The notes: generated by a model not told the origin, from the sequence alone. A stretch of DNA of 64,000 nt from Acidimicrobiia bacterium (GCA_965220995.1 OZ244856.1:680623-744622); one strand, 5' to 3'; numbered from the stretch's first letter, positions 9,565-19,804 are shown. Translations and numbers: made by a program.

Positions 9565-10728
9565 ATGACACACGTCCCAGTCAACCACATCACTTCGGAC
9601 GCCGAGCGCGCCCGGCGCTATGCCGTCCTACGAGAAGCCATGGCCGGAGCAGGGATGGATGCTCTTGTGATCTGCAGCCGCGGTGACGAGTTCGTACGGG
9701 GGCGCGTCCAATACGTGAGCGACATTTTCCAGTGGGCGGGCCGTGGTTTTGTGGTGCTTCCCATGAAGGGTGAAGCCACCTTTGTGACCGATCCCCTGTG
9801 GGGCACCGGGTTTGCCATGCAGGGCATGTGGCTCAACGACTACCGGCAACCCGACGACGCCGGCACCGAGATCGGGGCCATCCTGTCGGATCACGGCCTG
9901 GCGAAGGGGACCATCGGAATTGTGGGACTGGCCGACATAACTTCGGTGGCCGACTACAACAGCATGCGGGCGGCCCTTCCCAACGCCAATCTGGTGGATG
10001 CCACCGATCTGTTCGACGATGTGCGGGCCATCAAGAGCCAGGAGGAGATCGACACCACCATCCACACCGGAAACATCATGCGCCGGGTTTTCAGCGCCCT
10101 GGAGGCGGAGATGCGCCCCGGTGTCCAAGAGGTGGATGTGCTGTCGGAGGCCCATCGCCTGGCTCGCCAGTTGGGGTGCCTGGAGGGTATTGCCCTGATG
10201 GGTCGAGCCCCTTTCGCCTGCTTCGGGCCGGGAACCAACGGTGTGATCGAAGAAGACGACGTGATCGTGATCGACCTGGAGTGGGGAGGCCCGATGGGAT
10301 ACTGGGTCGAAGTTCGTCGCGTGTACAGCTTCAAGCCTCCCACCCCGGTGCAGAAGGCTTTCTGGGAGATGCGGGTAGAGAGCTTTGAGGCATGCGTTCA
10401 GGCCATGAAGGCGGGAGAGTCCTCAGAAACGGTGCTCGACGCCCGCGACCGGGTCTACGACGCCTGGGGCTACTCGGCGATGGGCGCCAACTCCTATACG
10501 GCTCATGGCATCGGGGTCGACTCCCTGGAGCCACCCTGGGTGCCGGGCAAGGAGCGGATCATGGAGGAGAACATGATGATCAACCTGCATCCCGCCATCG
10601 GGTTCGAGGATCCCGAGGTGGGCGCCGCCCTGGGCGGAATCAGCATCGCCGACAATGTTCTGGTGGGACCAGACGGCGGGACCCGCATGGTGGATCAGAC
10701 CGACGAATGGATCGTGCTCGACGCCTGA
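9565..10728 (+). CDS. M24 (Xaa-Pro peptidase/creatinase) family protein with atypical metal ligands
   Basis: Creatinase-like N-domain, RAIKSQEEI, AHGIG; AGGAG RBS. Confidence 0.85.
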   Translation: MTHVPVNHITSDAERARRYAVLREAMAGAGMDALVICSRGDEFVRGRVQYVSDIFQWAGRGFVVLPMKGEATFVTDPLWGTGFAMQGMWLNDYRQPDDAGTEIGAILSDHGLAKGTIGIVGLADITSVADYNSMRAALPNANLVDATDLFDDVRAIKSQEEIDTTIHTGNIMRRVFSALEAEMRPGVQEVDVLSEAHRLARQLGCLEGIALMGRAPFACFGPGTNGVIEEDDVIVIDLEWGGPMGYWVEVRRVYSFKPPTPVQKAFWEMRVESFEACVQAMKAGESSETVLDARDRVYDAWGYSAMGANSYTAHGIGVDSLEPPWVPGKERIMEENMMINLHPAIGFEDPEVGAALGGISIADNVLVGPDGGTRMVDQTDEWIVLDA

Positions 10729-10759
10729 GGCGCCGGCCCGACAATTACTGCAAACTCGC

Positions 10760-10789
10760 AGAGGCCGGGGCACTCATACCCCGGCCTCT
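10760..10789. terminator. GC-rich hairpin between convergent genes
   Basis: AGAGGCCGGGG-cactcata-CCCCGGCCTCT. Confidence 0.6.
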
Positions 10790-10905
10790 TGCCATGGGGT
10801 TTGCCCTATGGGGCTTGCCGAAGTCCCGGTCCCCGACATGGTCTCCCCTCCCACCAGGAGGAGGCCATCCTCCCAGCACCTTGAGAAGTTCCCTCTGCCG
10901 TGGGC

Positions 10906-11430
10906 TCAACTCTGCAATTGCAGATAGCCACCCCGGAAGAATCCCAGCGCCGGTTGCTCGGTGTCCTCGAAATCCAGCTTCTCCACCTCACCCAGATATA
11001 TAACGTGGTCCCCACCCGGGATCGCCTGCACCACCCGGCATTGAAAGCGGGCCAAGAAATCATCCAGGAGGGGAACTCCCCCCAGACCCGGGGTCCAGGA
11101 TGTGCCGCGCAACTTGTCTGTTCCCGACAGTTCGCTGCGGGCGAAGCGCCGACACAAATCCTCCTGATGAGCCCCCAGAATATGCACCGCATAACGGCCG
11201 GAGCTTTCCAGGGCGCGGTAGCTGTCGGCCCCCCGATCCACCGAGATCAGCACCAGAGGAGGTTGCAGCGACACCGAGGTGAACGAATTGGCGGCCAGTC
11301 CGGCCGGTCCGGTCTCATGATCGATGCTGGTGACAATGGTCACTCCGGTCAGGAATTGGCCACAGGCCTTGCGAAAAGTCAGGCTGTCGAAACCGGGCAA
11401 ACCCGAGGGGGGTGAAACTTGAGAATTCAT
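10906..11430 (-). CDS. Flavin reductase family protein
   Basis: FLTGVTIVT, ANSFTSVSLQPPLV, GDHVIYLGEV. Confidence 0.93.
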   Translation of the reverse strand: MNSQVSPPSGLPGFDSLTFRKACGQFLTGVTIVTSIDHETGPAGLAANSFTSVSLQPPLVLISVDRGADSYRALESSGRYAVHILGAHQEDLCRRFARSELSGTDKLRGTSWTPGLGGVPLLDDFLARFQCRVVQAIPGGDHVIYLGEVEKLDFEDTEQPALGFFRGGYLQLQS

Positions 11431-11584
11431 ACCGAGTGGTCCTAAACATACCTAAAACCGCCGGCCGCTTTCCTCAACCCGCCGGCCGAGCAGCCTTCCA
11501 CGCTTGGCCCGTGGTCAGCCAAGCCGGCCGCAACAGGGTCGTCGGCCACCGTCACCTTAGGCCGTCTCTAACCTCGGTTAACCA

Positions 11585-12562
11585 ATGAGATTCGGGATTC
11601 TGCTGAGCAACCAATACCCGCGGGCCGACTCGCTGGCGATTCGTTTGCAGGAGAACGTGGAAATGGTGTCCGCCGCGGCAGAATTGGGATTCGATTCGGT
11701 GTTCGGCGTTCACCACTACCTGGGCGCCTTGCAGATCCCTCAGCCCTTGACCCTGCTGGCCCGACTCATCCCGGTCTCCGGGCAAATGGAGTTGGGGACC
11801 GGAATCTTCATTAGCACCCTGGCGCATCCCGTTCACATCGCCGAAGAGGTGGCCACTTTGGACCAGCTCTCGGGAGGGAGGATGATTCTGGGAGTCGGCG
11901 CCGGATATCGCCGACACGAGTTTCAGAGTTTTGGAGTGGACCAAAGGACGGTCGGCCGGCGTTTCGTCGAGTCCGTGGAGGTGCTTCGAGCGCTGTGGTC
12001 GGGTGGGGCGGTTACCTACCGTGGGGAGTTCTTTCAAATCAAGGATCAGACCATCAGCATTCCCCCCGCCCAGCCGGGCGGCCCTCCCCTATGGATCGGC
12101 GCCGGCGTTCCCGCCACCATCCTCCGTGCGGCCCGGATCGGGGATGCATGGCTTCCCTCGCCCCATGCCAAGCCGCGCTGGGTGATCGGCAATTTGCAGG
12201 CGTTCCTTCAAGAAGCCGAGAGGCATGGTCGCCTGGATCAGATCCGCCGCTTTCCGATCATCCGGGAAACCTACGTTTCAACCACCAAGGCCCAAGCGGA
12301 AAAGGAGGCGGGGCGTTACATTCGTGACGAGTACACCGACTACTCCCGGTATCTCGAATTCTTCGGCTCCAGTTTTGAGGATCTGCGTCGGAAGGCTTTC
12401 TTGTGGGGTTCCCCCGATGACATCGCTTCCGGGATAGAAATGCTGGCCAGGGCCGGGTTCGATCACTTTATTTTCCGAATGTCCTGGCTGGGAATGCCCT
12501 TTTCTCTCACCATGAAGAGCCTCGGCCTCCTGGCCCGGGAGGTCATACCCCGCTTTCGGTAG
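11585..12562 (+). CDS. LLM-class flavin-dependent oxidoreductase (luciferase-like monooxygenase)
   Basis: AEEVATLDQLSGGR, GVGAGY, PPLWIGA; divergent from flavin reductase. Confidence 0.92.
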   Translation: MRFGILLSNQYPRADSLAIRLQENVEMVSAAAELGFDSVFGVHHYLGALQIPQPLTLLARLIPVSGQMELGTGIFISTLAHPVHIAEEVATLDQLSGGRMILGVGAGYRRHEFQSFGVDQRTVGRRFVESVEVLRALWSGGAVTYRGEFFQIKDQTISIPPAQPGGPPLWIGAGVPATILRAARIGDAWLPSPHAKPRWVIGNLQAFLQEAERHGRLDQIRRFPIIRETYVSTTKAQAEKEAGRYIRDEYTDYSRYLEFFGSSFEDLRRKAFLWGSPDDIASGIEMLARAGFDHFIFRMSWLGMPFSLTMKSLGLLAREVIPRFR

Positions 12563-12632
12563 GCCTCTTGCCCCCTTTGTGTCGGAACGGAAAGTGCTTT
12601 TTGGCTGAACAGGCAGCGTTGAGATGGGGCGC

Positions 12633-13484
12633 CTATCCCAGAGTCACCGTAGTCAGGTCATCGGCCACAATCACCTCGCCGGTGTAGCCGCCCCTGCGCA
12701 CATCGTCCACAAAGCCCTGCCGATCTTTCTCGGTGATCGGTTCGGGTATGAGGTGAGTCAACACCAGGGTGGGGATGCCCAATTCCTGTGCTTGGGTTCC
12801 GATCAGCACCGTGTCGGCGTGATAGTCCAGCACGAAGTGCAGGTAGCTTGGGAGAGTCCGGATAAGGCCGAACCGCATTGCCTCGTACACGAGCACGTCG
12901 GCGCCTTCGGCCAGTGCCGCGACTTCGGGGCACACCAGGGTGTCGCCGCTGATGGCCACCACCCCGTCCGGTGTTTCGATCCGGTATCCCACGGCAGGAG
13001 TGACCGGTTCATGGCAAACCGGCCCGGCGGAAACCTGGATATTTCCCTTTGACCAAACCTTTTCTATTCCATCCTCGACACCAAAGGGAACAACCTCGAT
13101 TCCGGGACGGGTACCGCGCCCCGTGTGCGTGCTCCGCATCTGCAGATCTGCTTCCCAAGGATCAAGCATCCGTTCCACAAAGTCCGCCGCGGGTCCTTCC
13201 GGCGCTCCGATCGGTAAAGGCTGTGCTTTGTCAAGCCGATCCATGATCCACCGGGACATCACCAGGTCGTCAAGGCCACTCACATGGTCACTGTGGTGGT
13301 GGGTCAGAAACACCGCATCCAACTCCACCGGGGACACCCCCACAGAGGCCAGACGCATGGCCGTCGCCCGGCCCGCATCAAACTGCAAAGCCACCTCACC
13401 CGAACGAACCAACACCCCCGCCCCCGCCCGATCCGGCGACGGCACCGGCATCCCCGTCCCGGTGATGGTTACAGATGTGGTCAT
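12633..13484 (-). CDS. MBL-fold metallo-hydrolase (RNase Z/arylsulfatase-like)
   Basis: GTG..P, FDAG, THHHSDH, ISGDT, LTHLIP. Confidence 0.9.
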   Translation of the reverse strand: MTTSVTITGTGMPVPSPDRAGAGVLVRSGEVALQFDAGRATAMRLASVGVSPVELDAVFLTHHHSDHVSGLDDLVMSRWIMDRLDKAQPLPIGAPEGPAADFVERMLDPWEADLQMRSTHTGRGTRPGIEVVPFGVEDGIEKVWSKGNIQVSAGPVCHEPVTPAVGYRIETPDGVVAISGDTLVCPEVAALAEGADVLVYEAMRFGLIRTLPSYLHFVLDYHADTVLIGTQAQELGIPTLVLTHLIPEPITEKDRQGFVDDVRRGGYTGEVIVADDLTTVTLG

Positions 13485-13620
13485 GGCCAAGACGCTACCT
13501 ATCTCCCCGGTTGGCCCTTCCATCGCCGATGTCGTGAGCCCTTGCCCGGGTGTCACAGGTCATGGTTAGGATGACACTTCGTCAACTGACACAGCCGACC
13601 CCGGCAGGAAAAGGAACAGC

Positions 13621-16026
13621 ATGGCCACAGACAAGGAAATCCAGCCGGTCTACGCGGTAGCAAACCAGTGGGTGGAAAGTGCGCTAAAGACCAACGACTC
13701 ACTTTTCACGCCCGGTAAGGATATTTGGTCAAGCCGATGGCTCGGAGAACTCCACACACGGTTCCTGGACCCCCCATACCCAAAGGCCGGTGGATTTCTT
13801 TCGAAACTGGCGATACAACTCCGGAATAGCCCAACAGAGGTATATCAACTTGCGGCCGAAGTGCTGTACGTCCATTACTTGATCATCTTTCACGAATCTA
13901 TGAGACCTGCCACAAAAGAACGAGATATTAAGAAGGTGCTCGGATGGTCAAAGGAACGCATAGCTATTCCCGATGTCCTCATCGAGGGGTTGTCAGAAGG
14001 CATAGCCAACCCCGGGCAGGCATTCGGCAGATTTCGACCGTATCAGGTCGGATATCTCGTCGAGTTCGTCGAGCAATGGAAAGCCCGGTCTGCCGAGGTA
14101 CGGGAGCGCCTCCTCAACGATCCCTGGGCTTTCAAACAGCATCTGAGCTTCAATCCCACAAGCCAGATTTTCAAGGACTACGAAGGCGACGGGACCTATC
14201 GTGCCCAGAGGCAGGCTCTGCTCCATCTCGTCTTTCCCGATACCTTTGAGCCAATTCTTTCCCGAGACCACACAACCACCATCACGAAAGCCTTTTCCAA
14301 AATGGTCACTACCCCTACCAAGGACCTTGACCGCCAACTGGCGCAAATCCGCCAAGGCCTGGAAACTAAATACGGGAGGGACATAGATTTCTACGCCAAC
14401 GACATCCGAAGCAAGTGGCATGTCGGCCTAAGAAAGCGTTGGGACGAGTTCGTTCGCCAAGCTGGTGCATTTGTGGAGGCGGGGCGGCTAGACAGCGAGG
14501 AGAACGACTACAAGAGAGAAATCGCCGATAAGCTCACAACCGCGCGGGAGGCGGTGCTCGCCGAGACCGACGACTGGGCTGATCGGGTGAAGGCTGGATT
14601 AACCGGCAACCTTGTACATTCCATAACGTTTGCCAGACTCCGTGTCTGGTTGAATGATTCTCCCGATGGCGCTTTTCTGGCATTGCATGAATTGTGGAGG
14701 AGGGAGCACCTATCGATCTCTGAACGAATCCGGGCGTTCTCCGAGCTGTTTCCGGAGTCGGCGATAGGTAGCGGCGGAGCAGGAACTCGTATGAATGTGG
14801 CTGCGCAGTTCCTAATGGGACTGGATGTTGAGAAATACCCGCCATTCAGAATCACGCTGTTCAATGACGCATACGACGGGACCGGATTCTACAAGCCGGC
14901 CAAAGACGCGGATGAGGCGGCGCTGTATGAGCACGCCCTGAGCTTTCTCGATCTGTTCATTGAGGAAGCGGCAGAGCGTGGACTGGCATTACGCCACCGA
15001 TTGGATGCACAATCACTGGTCTGGATGATCCTCAAGGATGAGACTCCAACTAAACCGGATAAGCGCGATGTCCATCCCGAGCCGCCAAAGGATGCCGAAA
15101 GAAAACATGGGTTGCCGGAACTCGCCAAGGACCTGCTGCTTCCCGAGAGCTTTCTCAGGGAGATTGAAATCCTGCTCAAGGAAAAGAAGCAGGTGGTCTT
15201 CCAAGGCCCGCCAGGTACGGGGAAGACCTATGTTGCCCAGCAGCTGGCGGAATGCCTGGCGGGAGAGGAGGGAAGCATCACCCTGGTGCAGTTCCATCCC
15301 TCCTACGCCTACGAAGACTTTGTGCAGGGATACCGTCCCACCCTGAGTGACGATCAGGCAGGATTCGTCTTGCGAGATGGGCCGTTACTCACCGCGGCGG
15401 AGCTTGCTCGTGGCGACCCGGATTCGGATCACTTCCTGGTGATAGACGAGATCAATCGGGGCAATCTTGCCAAAGTCTTCGGAGAGTTGTACTTCCTGCT
15501 GGAATACCGTGATCGGAAGATGCGCTTGCAGTATCAATCCGATGAGGAATTCTCGCTGCCCGAGAACCTCTACATCATCGGGACCATGAACACCGCCGAC
15601 CGCTCCATAGCGCTGGTGGACCTGGCGTTGCGGAGACGATTCTATTTCGTGGAGTTCCACCCCGACGATGACCCCATCAAGGACCTCCTCCGCAAGTGGA
15701 TGCGTAAAAACGCCTCCACTATGGAGTGGGTGGCCGATGTCATTGATCTGGTCAACAAGAAACTGGAGGATGACCGGCATGTCGCCATCGGCCCCAGTTA
15801 CTTCATGGCGACCGATGACAGAGGAAATGCCGTGGTTCAAGACGAGACCTCGGTGCGCCGCATCTGGAAGCACAGTGTCCTCCCCTACATCGAGGAGCAT
15901 CTGTTCGGAGACATGGGCAACATGGACGAGTGGGATCTCGACAAGCTGCGCAGACAGGCCAACGCTACGAATCCGGGAAGGGATGATACCGCTGCAGAAT
16001 CCGACCAGGCTGATGCGCCGGATTGA
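13621..16026 (+). CDS. mcrB: McrB-family AAA+ GTPase (type IV restriction subunit) with long N-terminal region
   Basis: GPPGTGKT, VQFHPSYAYEDFV, IDEINRGN, MNTADRS. Confidence 0.93.
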   Translation: MATDKEIQPVYAVANQWVESALKTNDSLFTPGKDIWSSRWLGELHTRFLDPPYPKAGGFLSKLAIQLRNSPTEVYQLAAEVLYVHYLIIFHESMRPATKERDIKKVLGWSKERIAIPDVLIEGLSEGIANPGQAFGRFRPYQVGYLVEFVEQWKARSAEVRERLLNDPWAFKQHLSFNPTSQIFKDYEGDGTYRAQRQALLHLVFPDTFEPILSRDHTTTITKAFSKMVTTPTKDLDRQLAQIRQGLETKYGRDIDFYANDIRSKWHVGLRKRWDEFVRQAGAFVEAGRLDSEENDYKREIADKLTTAREAVLAETDDWADRVKAGLTGNLVHSITFARLRVWLNDSPDGAFLALHELWRREHLSISERIRAFSELFPESAIGSGGAGTRMNVAAQFLMGLDVEKYPPFRITLFNDAYDGTGFYKPAKDADEAALYEHALSFLDLFIEEAAERGLALRHRLDAQSLVWMILKDETPTKPDKRDVHPEPPKDAERKHGLPELAKDLLLPESFLREIEILLKEKKQVVFQGPPGTGKTYVAQQLAECLAGEEGSITLVQFHPSYAYEDFVQGYRPTLSDDQAGFVLRDGPLLTAAELARGDPDSDHFLVIDEINRGNLAKVFGELYFLLEYRDRKMRLQYQSDEEFSLPENLYIIGTMNTADRSIALVDLALRRRFYFVEFHPDDDPIKDLLRKWMRKNASTMEWVADVIDLVNKKLEDDRHVAIGPSYFMATDDRGNAVVQDETSVRRIWKHSVLPYIEEHLFGDMGNMDEWDLDKLRRQANATNPGRDDTAAESDQADAPD

Positions 16027-17224
16027 CCTGCGGGAGCACACGCCGAGCAAAGACCCGTATCCGCTCTCGGCCACCGAGCGCCGACAACTGCGGGATTCCC
16101 TGAGCCTCGCTTTCGATCCTGCCGACGAGGACGGTACCTATTACCTAAAGCCGGGATCAACCGTGGGAGCGCTGGAAATCGGAGACCTGTCGGTGTTGAT
16201 AGAACCCAAGATCGGCATCCCGCAACTGCTGTCCCTGGCCTGCTATGCCATGGGGATGATCAGACTTCAGGACCTTCGAAAGTTCGATTTCAGCACAGAG
16301 GAGGCTCTCCCGGACGTGCTGGCCTGTGCCTTGGCGTCCGCCGCTCGCCAAGCGTTCCGGAGGGGTCTGCTTCATGGGTATCGCACCGAGGAGGAAGCGC
16401 TCTTTGGGATACGAGGCCGCATCCGGTTCGACGATCAGCTCCGCCGTCGGTTCGCCATCGCTATGCCGGTTGAAGTGAGGTACGACGAGTTCACCAATGA
16501 CATCCTCGCCAACCAACTGGTGAAGGCGGCAGGGGCACGGCTGGGAGAGATGCAGCTGCGGTCGCAAGAGGCGCGCCGGGGATTGGGGTGGATCAACGGA
16601 ATGCTGGCCGGGGTGTCGTGGGTCGAATTCTCGGCTCGAAATGTTCCGGAGATCGCCTTCGACCGCCTGAACGAACACTACCGGCTGGTGGTTGAGTTGG
16701 CCCGGCTCATCCTCCGGCACAGCGAGTTCCAGTCCGCCCGGGGAGGGGTGCGCGCACCCGGCTTCCTGGTCAATATGGATGAATTGTTCGAAGAATTCAT
16801 AAGGCGAGCGCTTCTAGAGGCCTTGGGGGTTTCCGACCGGACTTTCCGGAAAGTCAAGCGCAGGGACGGCGTGTGGCTTGATCAAGAGCACCGTGTGAGG
16901 CTGGAGCCCGATCTCTCGTGGTGGGTTGGCGGCGAATGTCAATTCGTGGGTGACGCGAAGTACAAGCGAATCGCCCACCAACACGCCCCCAACGCCGATC
17001 TCTACCAGTTGCTGGCCTACGCCACCGCCCTTGATCTACCGGGCGGGATGCTCATCTACGCCGAGGGTGAAGCTGAACCGGCAGTCCACGAAGTTCGGCA
17101 CCTTGGCAAGCGCCTGGAAGTAGCCGCGGTCAATCTATCCGGTGATTTCGATCAGATATTTGATCACATCGATCAGCTGGCGAAGAGGATCAGAGTGTTG
17201 CGCAACACTCCATTAGCCGCCTGA
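16013..17224 (+). CDS. mcrC: McrC-family PD-(D/E)xK nuclease subunit
   Basis: IRGRI, LFEEF, LEPD...DAKYK, DLYQLLAY; overlaps mcrB end. Confidence 0.92.
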   Translation: MRRIDLREHTPSKDPYPLSATERRQLRDSLSLAFDPADEDGTYYLKPGSTVGALEIGDLSVLIEPKIGIPQLLSLACYAMGMIRLQDLRKFDFSTEEALPDVLACALASAARQAFRRGLLHGYRTEEEALFGIRGRIRFDDQLRRRFAIAMPVEVRYDEFTNDILANQLVKAAGARLGEMQLRSQEARRGLGWINGMLAGVSWVEFSARNVPEIAFDRLNEHYRLVVELARLILRHSEFQSARGGVRAPGFLVNMDELFEEFIRRALLEALGVSDRTFRKVKRRDGVWLDQEHRVRLEPDLSWWVGGECQFVGDAKYKRIAHQHAPNADLYQLLAYATALDLPGGMLIYAEGEAEPAVHEVRHLGKRLEVAAVNLSGDFDQIFDHIDQLAKRIRVLRNTPLAA

Positions 17225-17448
17225 AGGCCTGTCAGTTACTCTGGCCGAGCCAAGCCCCAGCCTCAATAACGAGTGCTTCACCCAGGTCGGAGATCCGGCG
17301 TTCGCGCTGAGGAAAGTCGGGTGGTGAACACAGGTAGGCCCATGCAAACCGGATAGGATGGGATTCGACGGTTGGAAGTATGTGATGGGAGAACAACCGA
17401 TAAGCGTTAGCAACCGGAAGTCGGTTTCCTTCCTCAGGAGGTAAAGCC

Positions 17449-18144
17449 ATGGCCCCGAGAACAATCAACAAAATGGAATCTTTGGGGCTCATCGTGGGTC
17501 CCGTAATGGCGTTGCTGTTTTTCCTGCTCGAACCGGGAGGAATAGTCATCGACCCTGCGGAGCCGGGAGATGCGTTCGGGAACATCACCGCCCTGGCATT
17601 GAATCCCGCGCTGGCTCATGTGTCCTCACTCATGGTGCCACTGAGCATTCTGCTCATGATCTTCGGGGTGGCCGGTGTCAGCCGGGTGATGCAGGGAGAG
17701 ACAATGTCCGGTGGCTTGTCACGGCTGGGCATTCTGTGCATGGCAATCGGCGGCGCCGGCTGGATCCTCGGGGCCGGGATTAACCATGTTCTCGCCCAGA
17801 CATCCATGGAGAGTGAGCAGTCACTTCAGCAGGCGATTGCCATCTACAGGATGGATTCGGGCTTGACCTTTATATCGAGCGTGGTCGTCGCATTCGGCGT
17901 CCTTGCCTTCAGCTTGGGCCTGTCGGCCACATATCCTCGCGGTTTCGGCAGGACCGCCGCCCTGGTGATTGCCGCGGTGTCGATCATTGCCCTGATTGCT
18001 TTCATTATCGGGCACATCGGACCGAGCCCGGACATGGTCAGGGTGGCGAGAGCTTGCTATTTCCCCTGGGTGGCCTGGTTCGTCTACGTCGGAGTGAATT
18101 TCCTCAAGGGGAGCGGTATTCCACAGACCGGGGACGACCGCTGA
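17449..18144 (+). CDS. Multi-pass membrane protein of unknown function
   Basis: About six hydrophobic segments; strong AGGAGGT RBS. Confidence 0.8.
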   Translation: MAPRTINKMESLGLIVGPVMALLFFLLEPGGIVIDPAEPGDAFGNITALALNPALAHVSSLMVPLSILLMIFGVAGVSRVMQGETMSGGLSRLGILCMAIGGAGWILGAGINHVLAQTSMESEQSLQQAIAIYRMDSGLTFISSVVVAFGVLAFSLGLSATYPRGFGRTAALVIAAVSIIALIAFIIGHIGPSPDMVRVARACYFPWVAWFVYVGVNFLKGSGIPQTGDDR

Positions 18145-18247
18145 ACAGGGAAGTGGCTCATCGGAATTCCAACGGGGAATGATGATTGAAAGGCATTTTT
18201 GGTTTGGGCTTCCGGCGTAGAAGTGTTAGGAGTGTCGGATTCTCCGG

Positions 18248-19414
18248 TCAATTGATTTCCGCCGGAGGTGGCAAAAAGGCCCGGATGACGTCCTGATTTG
18301 CCCTCCATCCCTTCGGGCCGGACACCACTAACTGCACATCGCGAAGCCGATTCAGATCGCGGCTCAGCGTCCGCGGCCCGGTCCGGGCGTAAAGGGCGGC
18401 AAGTTGGGGGGTGAGCGTCGGCAGTTCCTTCTTGGGCGTGTCGATGTCAGGAGGCATGGACAGTGCCAACGTACCCTGCCGGTCTCGGGCGGGGCTTGAT
18501 GGGAACCGCCTCATGGTCTCATGCACGAAGTGGGTCCAGACCATTCGGAAATGCTGCTGAAGCACCTGGTCGATCTGCTCCCGTATTCCGTCCACGAGGC
18601 CCTGGATCGCGTAGCTCAAGAAACTGGTGGCTTCTCCGTTTCGGCTGGCCTTGCCCAATTCTCTGTAGTACTGGTCTCTGGTGAGGTTGTAATGATTGGA
18701 CAACAAGTGGGCTACCGGCAGGGGAATCGCTCCGCATCTTGCCAGGATCAAGAACTCCAGGAGCCGGGCCGTTCGTCCGTTTCCGTCACCGAACGGATGC
18801 AGCCATGCCATGTATAGATGAGCGTAGATCGCACTCGCCACTGCCAGAGCAAATCGGATCTCGGGGTTGTCTGAAACAAATGTGTCGCTCTCCAGCCAGT
18901 TCGCCAATCGATCCAACAGGTATGGGCAATCCTCCGCCGGAGCCCCCCGATAGGGCCCGGCCACCACGGGGTAATCGCGTATCCGCCCGGGCACAACATG
19001 TGGCTCATATTCCGTACCGTCCAATATCCGGCGGTTGAACTCACAGATCAACTCGGCGGTGATGGTGGGAAAATGTGTGACCTCTTGGGCGATGGCGATC
19101 AGTGCATCCAGCACGTTCCTTACTTCCCGTTCCTGATAGGCCCGGGAAGGAGGAGCACGGTAGGTTCCCCGCAGAATTCCAGCTACCTGCTCTTCTGTGA
19201 GGGTGTTTCCCTCAATGGCGGTGGTTGCCCTTGCTCCCTTGATGAGAGCTACCTCATAAAAACGCTGAGCCAACTCGGGATGGAGGGGGGTTCCGGCCAG
19301 GCTCTCACACTGAGACCGCGCCTCCCCCAACAGCATCCAACTTCTTGCCCCCAGCGCGTTGATGTCGGTGGCGTCGAAAGTGATCCACGGATGAGATTTC
19401 AGATAGGAGCGCAT
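18248..19414 (-). CDS. Fic family protein (class II, probable C-terminal HTH)
   Basis: HPFGDGNGRTAR active-site motif; N-terminal inhibitory TTAIEGN. Confidence 0.93.
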   Translation of the reverse strand: MRSYLKSHPWITFDATDINALGARSWMLLGEARSQCESLAGTPLHPELAQRFYEVALIKGARATTAIEGNTLTEEQVAGILRGTYRAPPSRAYQEREVRNVLDALIAIAQEVTHFPTITAELICEFNRRILDGTEYEPHVVPGRIRDYPVVAGPYRGAPAEDCPYLLDRLANWLESDTFVSDNPEIRFALAVASAIYAHLYMAWLHPFGDGNGRTARLLEFLILARCGAIPLPVAHLLSNHYNLTRDQYYRELGKASRNGEATSFLSYAIQGLVDGIREQIDQVLQQHFRMVWTHFVHETMRRFPSSPARDRQGTLALSMPPDIDTPKKELPTLTPQLAALYARTGPRTLSRDLNRLRDVQLVVSGPKGWRANQDVIRAFLPPPAEIN

Positions 19415-19510
19415 CAGCGCGACTCTACTATTCGGCCCCTATTTTGACCACATTGATGTCCATATGCTTGACTGCCACAGTGACCTCCAATCTTAGCCGG
19501 GACAAGCCCG

Positions 19511-19551
19511 CCATACAGCCGCGTGTGTTCATCCAACAACAATCGCTCTCA
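19511..19551 (-). pseudogene. Remnant of a vapC (PIN) toxin 5' end
   Basis: Reads RLLLD then, after a 2-nt shift, THAAVW (cf. MRLLLDTHALLW), at the antitoxin 3' end. Confidence 0.5.
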
Positions 19552-19804
19552 CATGCCCACCCCATGCCTCCAGTTCACTGGAAGGAAGGGAAGCCAGTAT
19601 CTCCGGACCGACGTATTGGCCCTTGAGCCGTCCGGGACGGCGGCCGGTTAAGGATGGGCGACCGGTTGCAGATGGTGGCAAAGGCCCCAACACGGCATAG
19701 GGTTTGCCCGCCTTGGCCAGAATGAACTCTTCCCCGAGGTGAGCCCGATCCACCAGCTTCTCCAGTTGGGTCTTCGCGTTGTTCACATCCACAATCGCAG
19801 GCAC
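19529..19804 (-). CDS. Phd/YefM family antitoxin (orphan)
   Basis: VNNAKTQLEKLVDRAHLGEEFILAKAGKPYAVL, RRPG.LKG. Confidence 0.85.
   Translation of the reverse strand: MPAIVDVNNAKTQLEKLVDRAHLGEEFILAKAGKPYAVLGPLPPSATGRPSLTGRRPGRLKGQYVGPEILASLPSSELEAWGGHVRAIVVG

Noticed and set aside
17225-17440. GAGGAAAGTC resembling the RNase P RNA conserved motif
   Set aside because: Gap too short and the 3' P4 motif (CAGAACCCGGCTTA-like) is absent
18179-18220. Short MMIERHFW frame resembling an ATPase N-terminus remnant
   Set aside because: Too short to distinguish from chance
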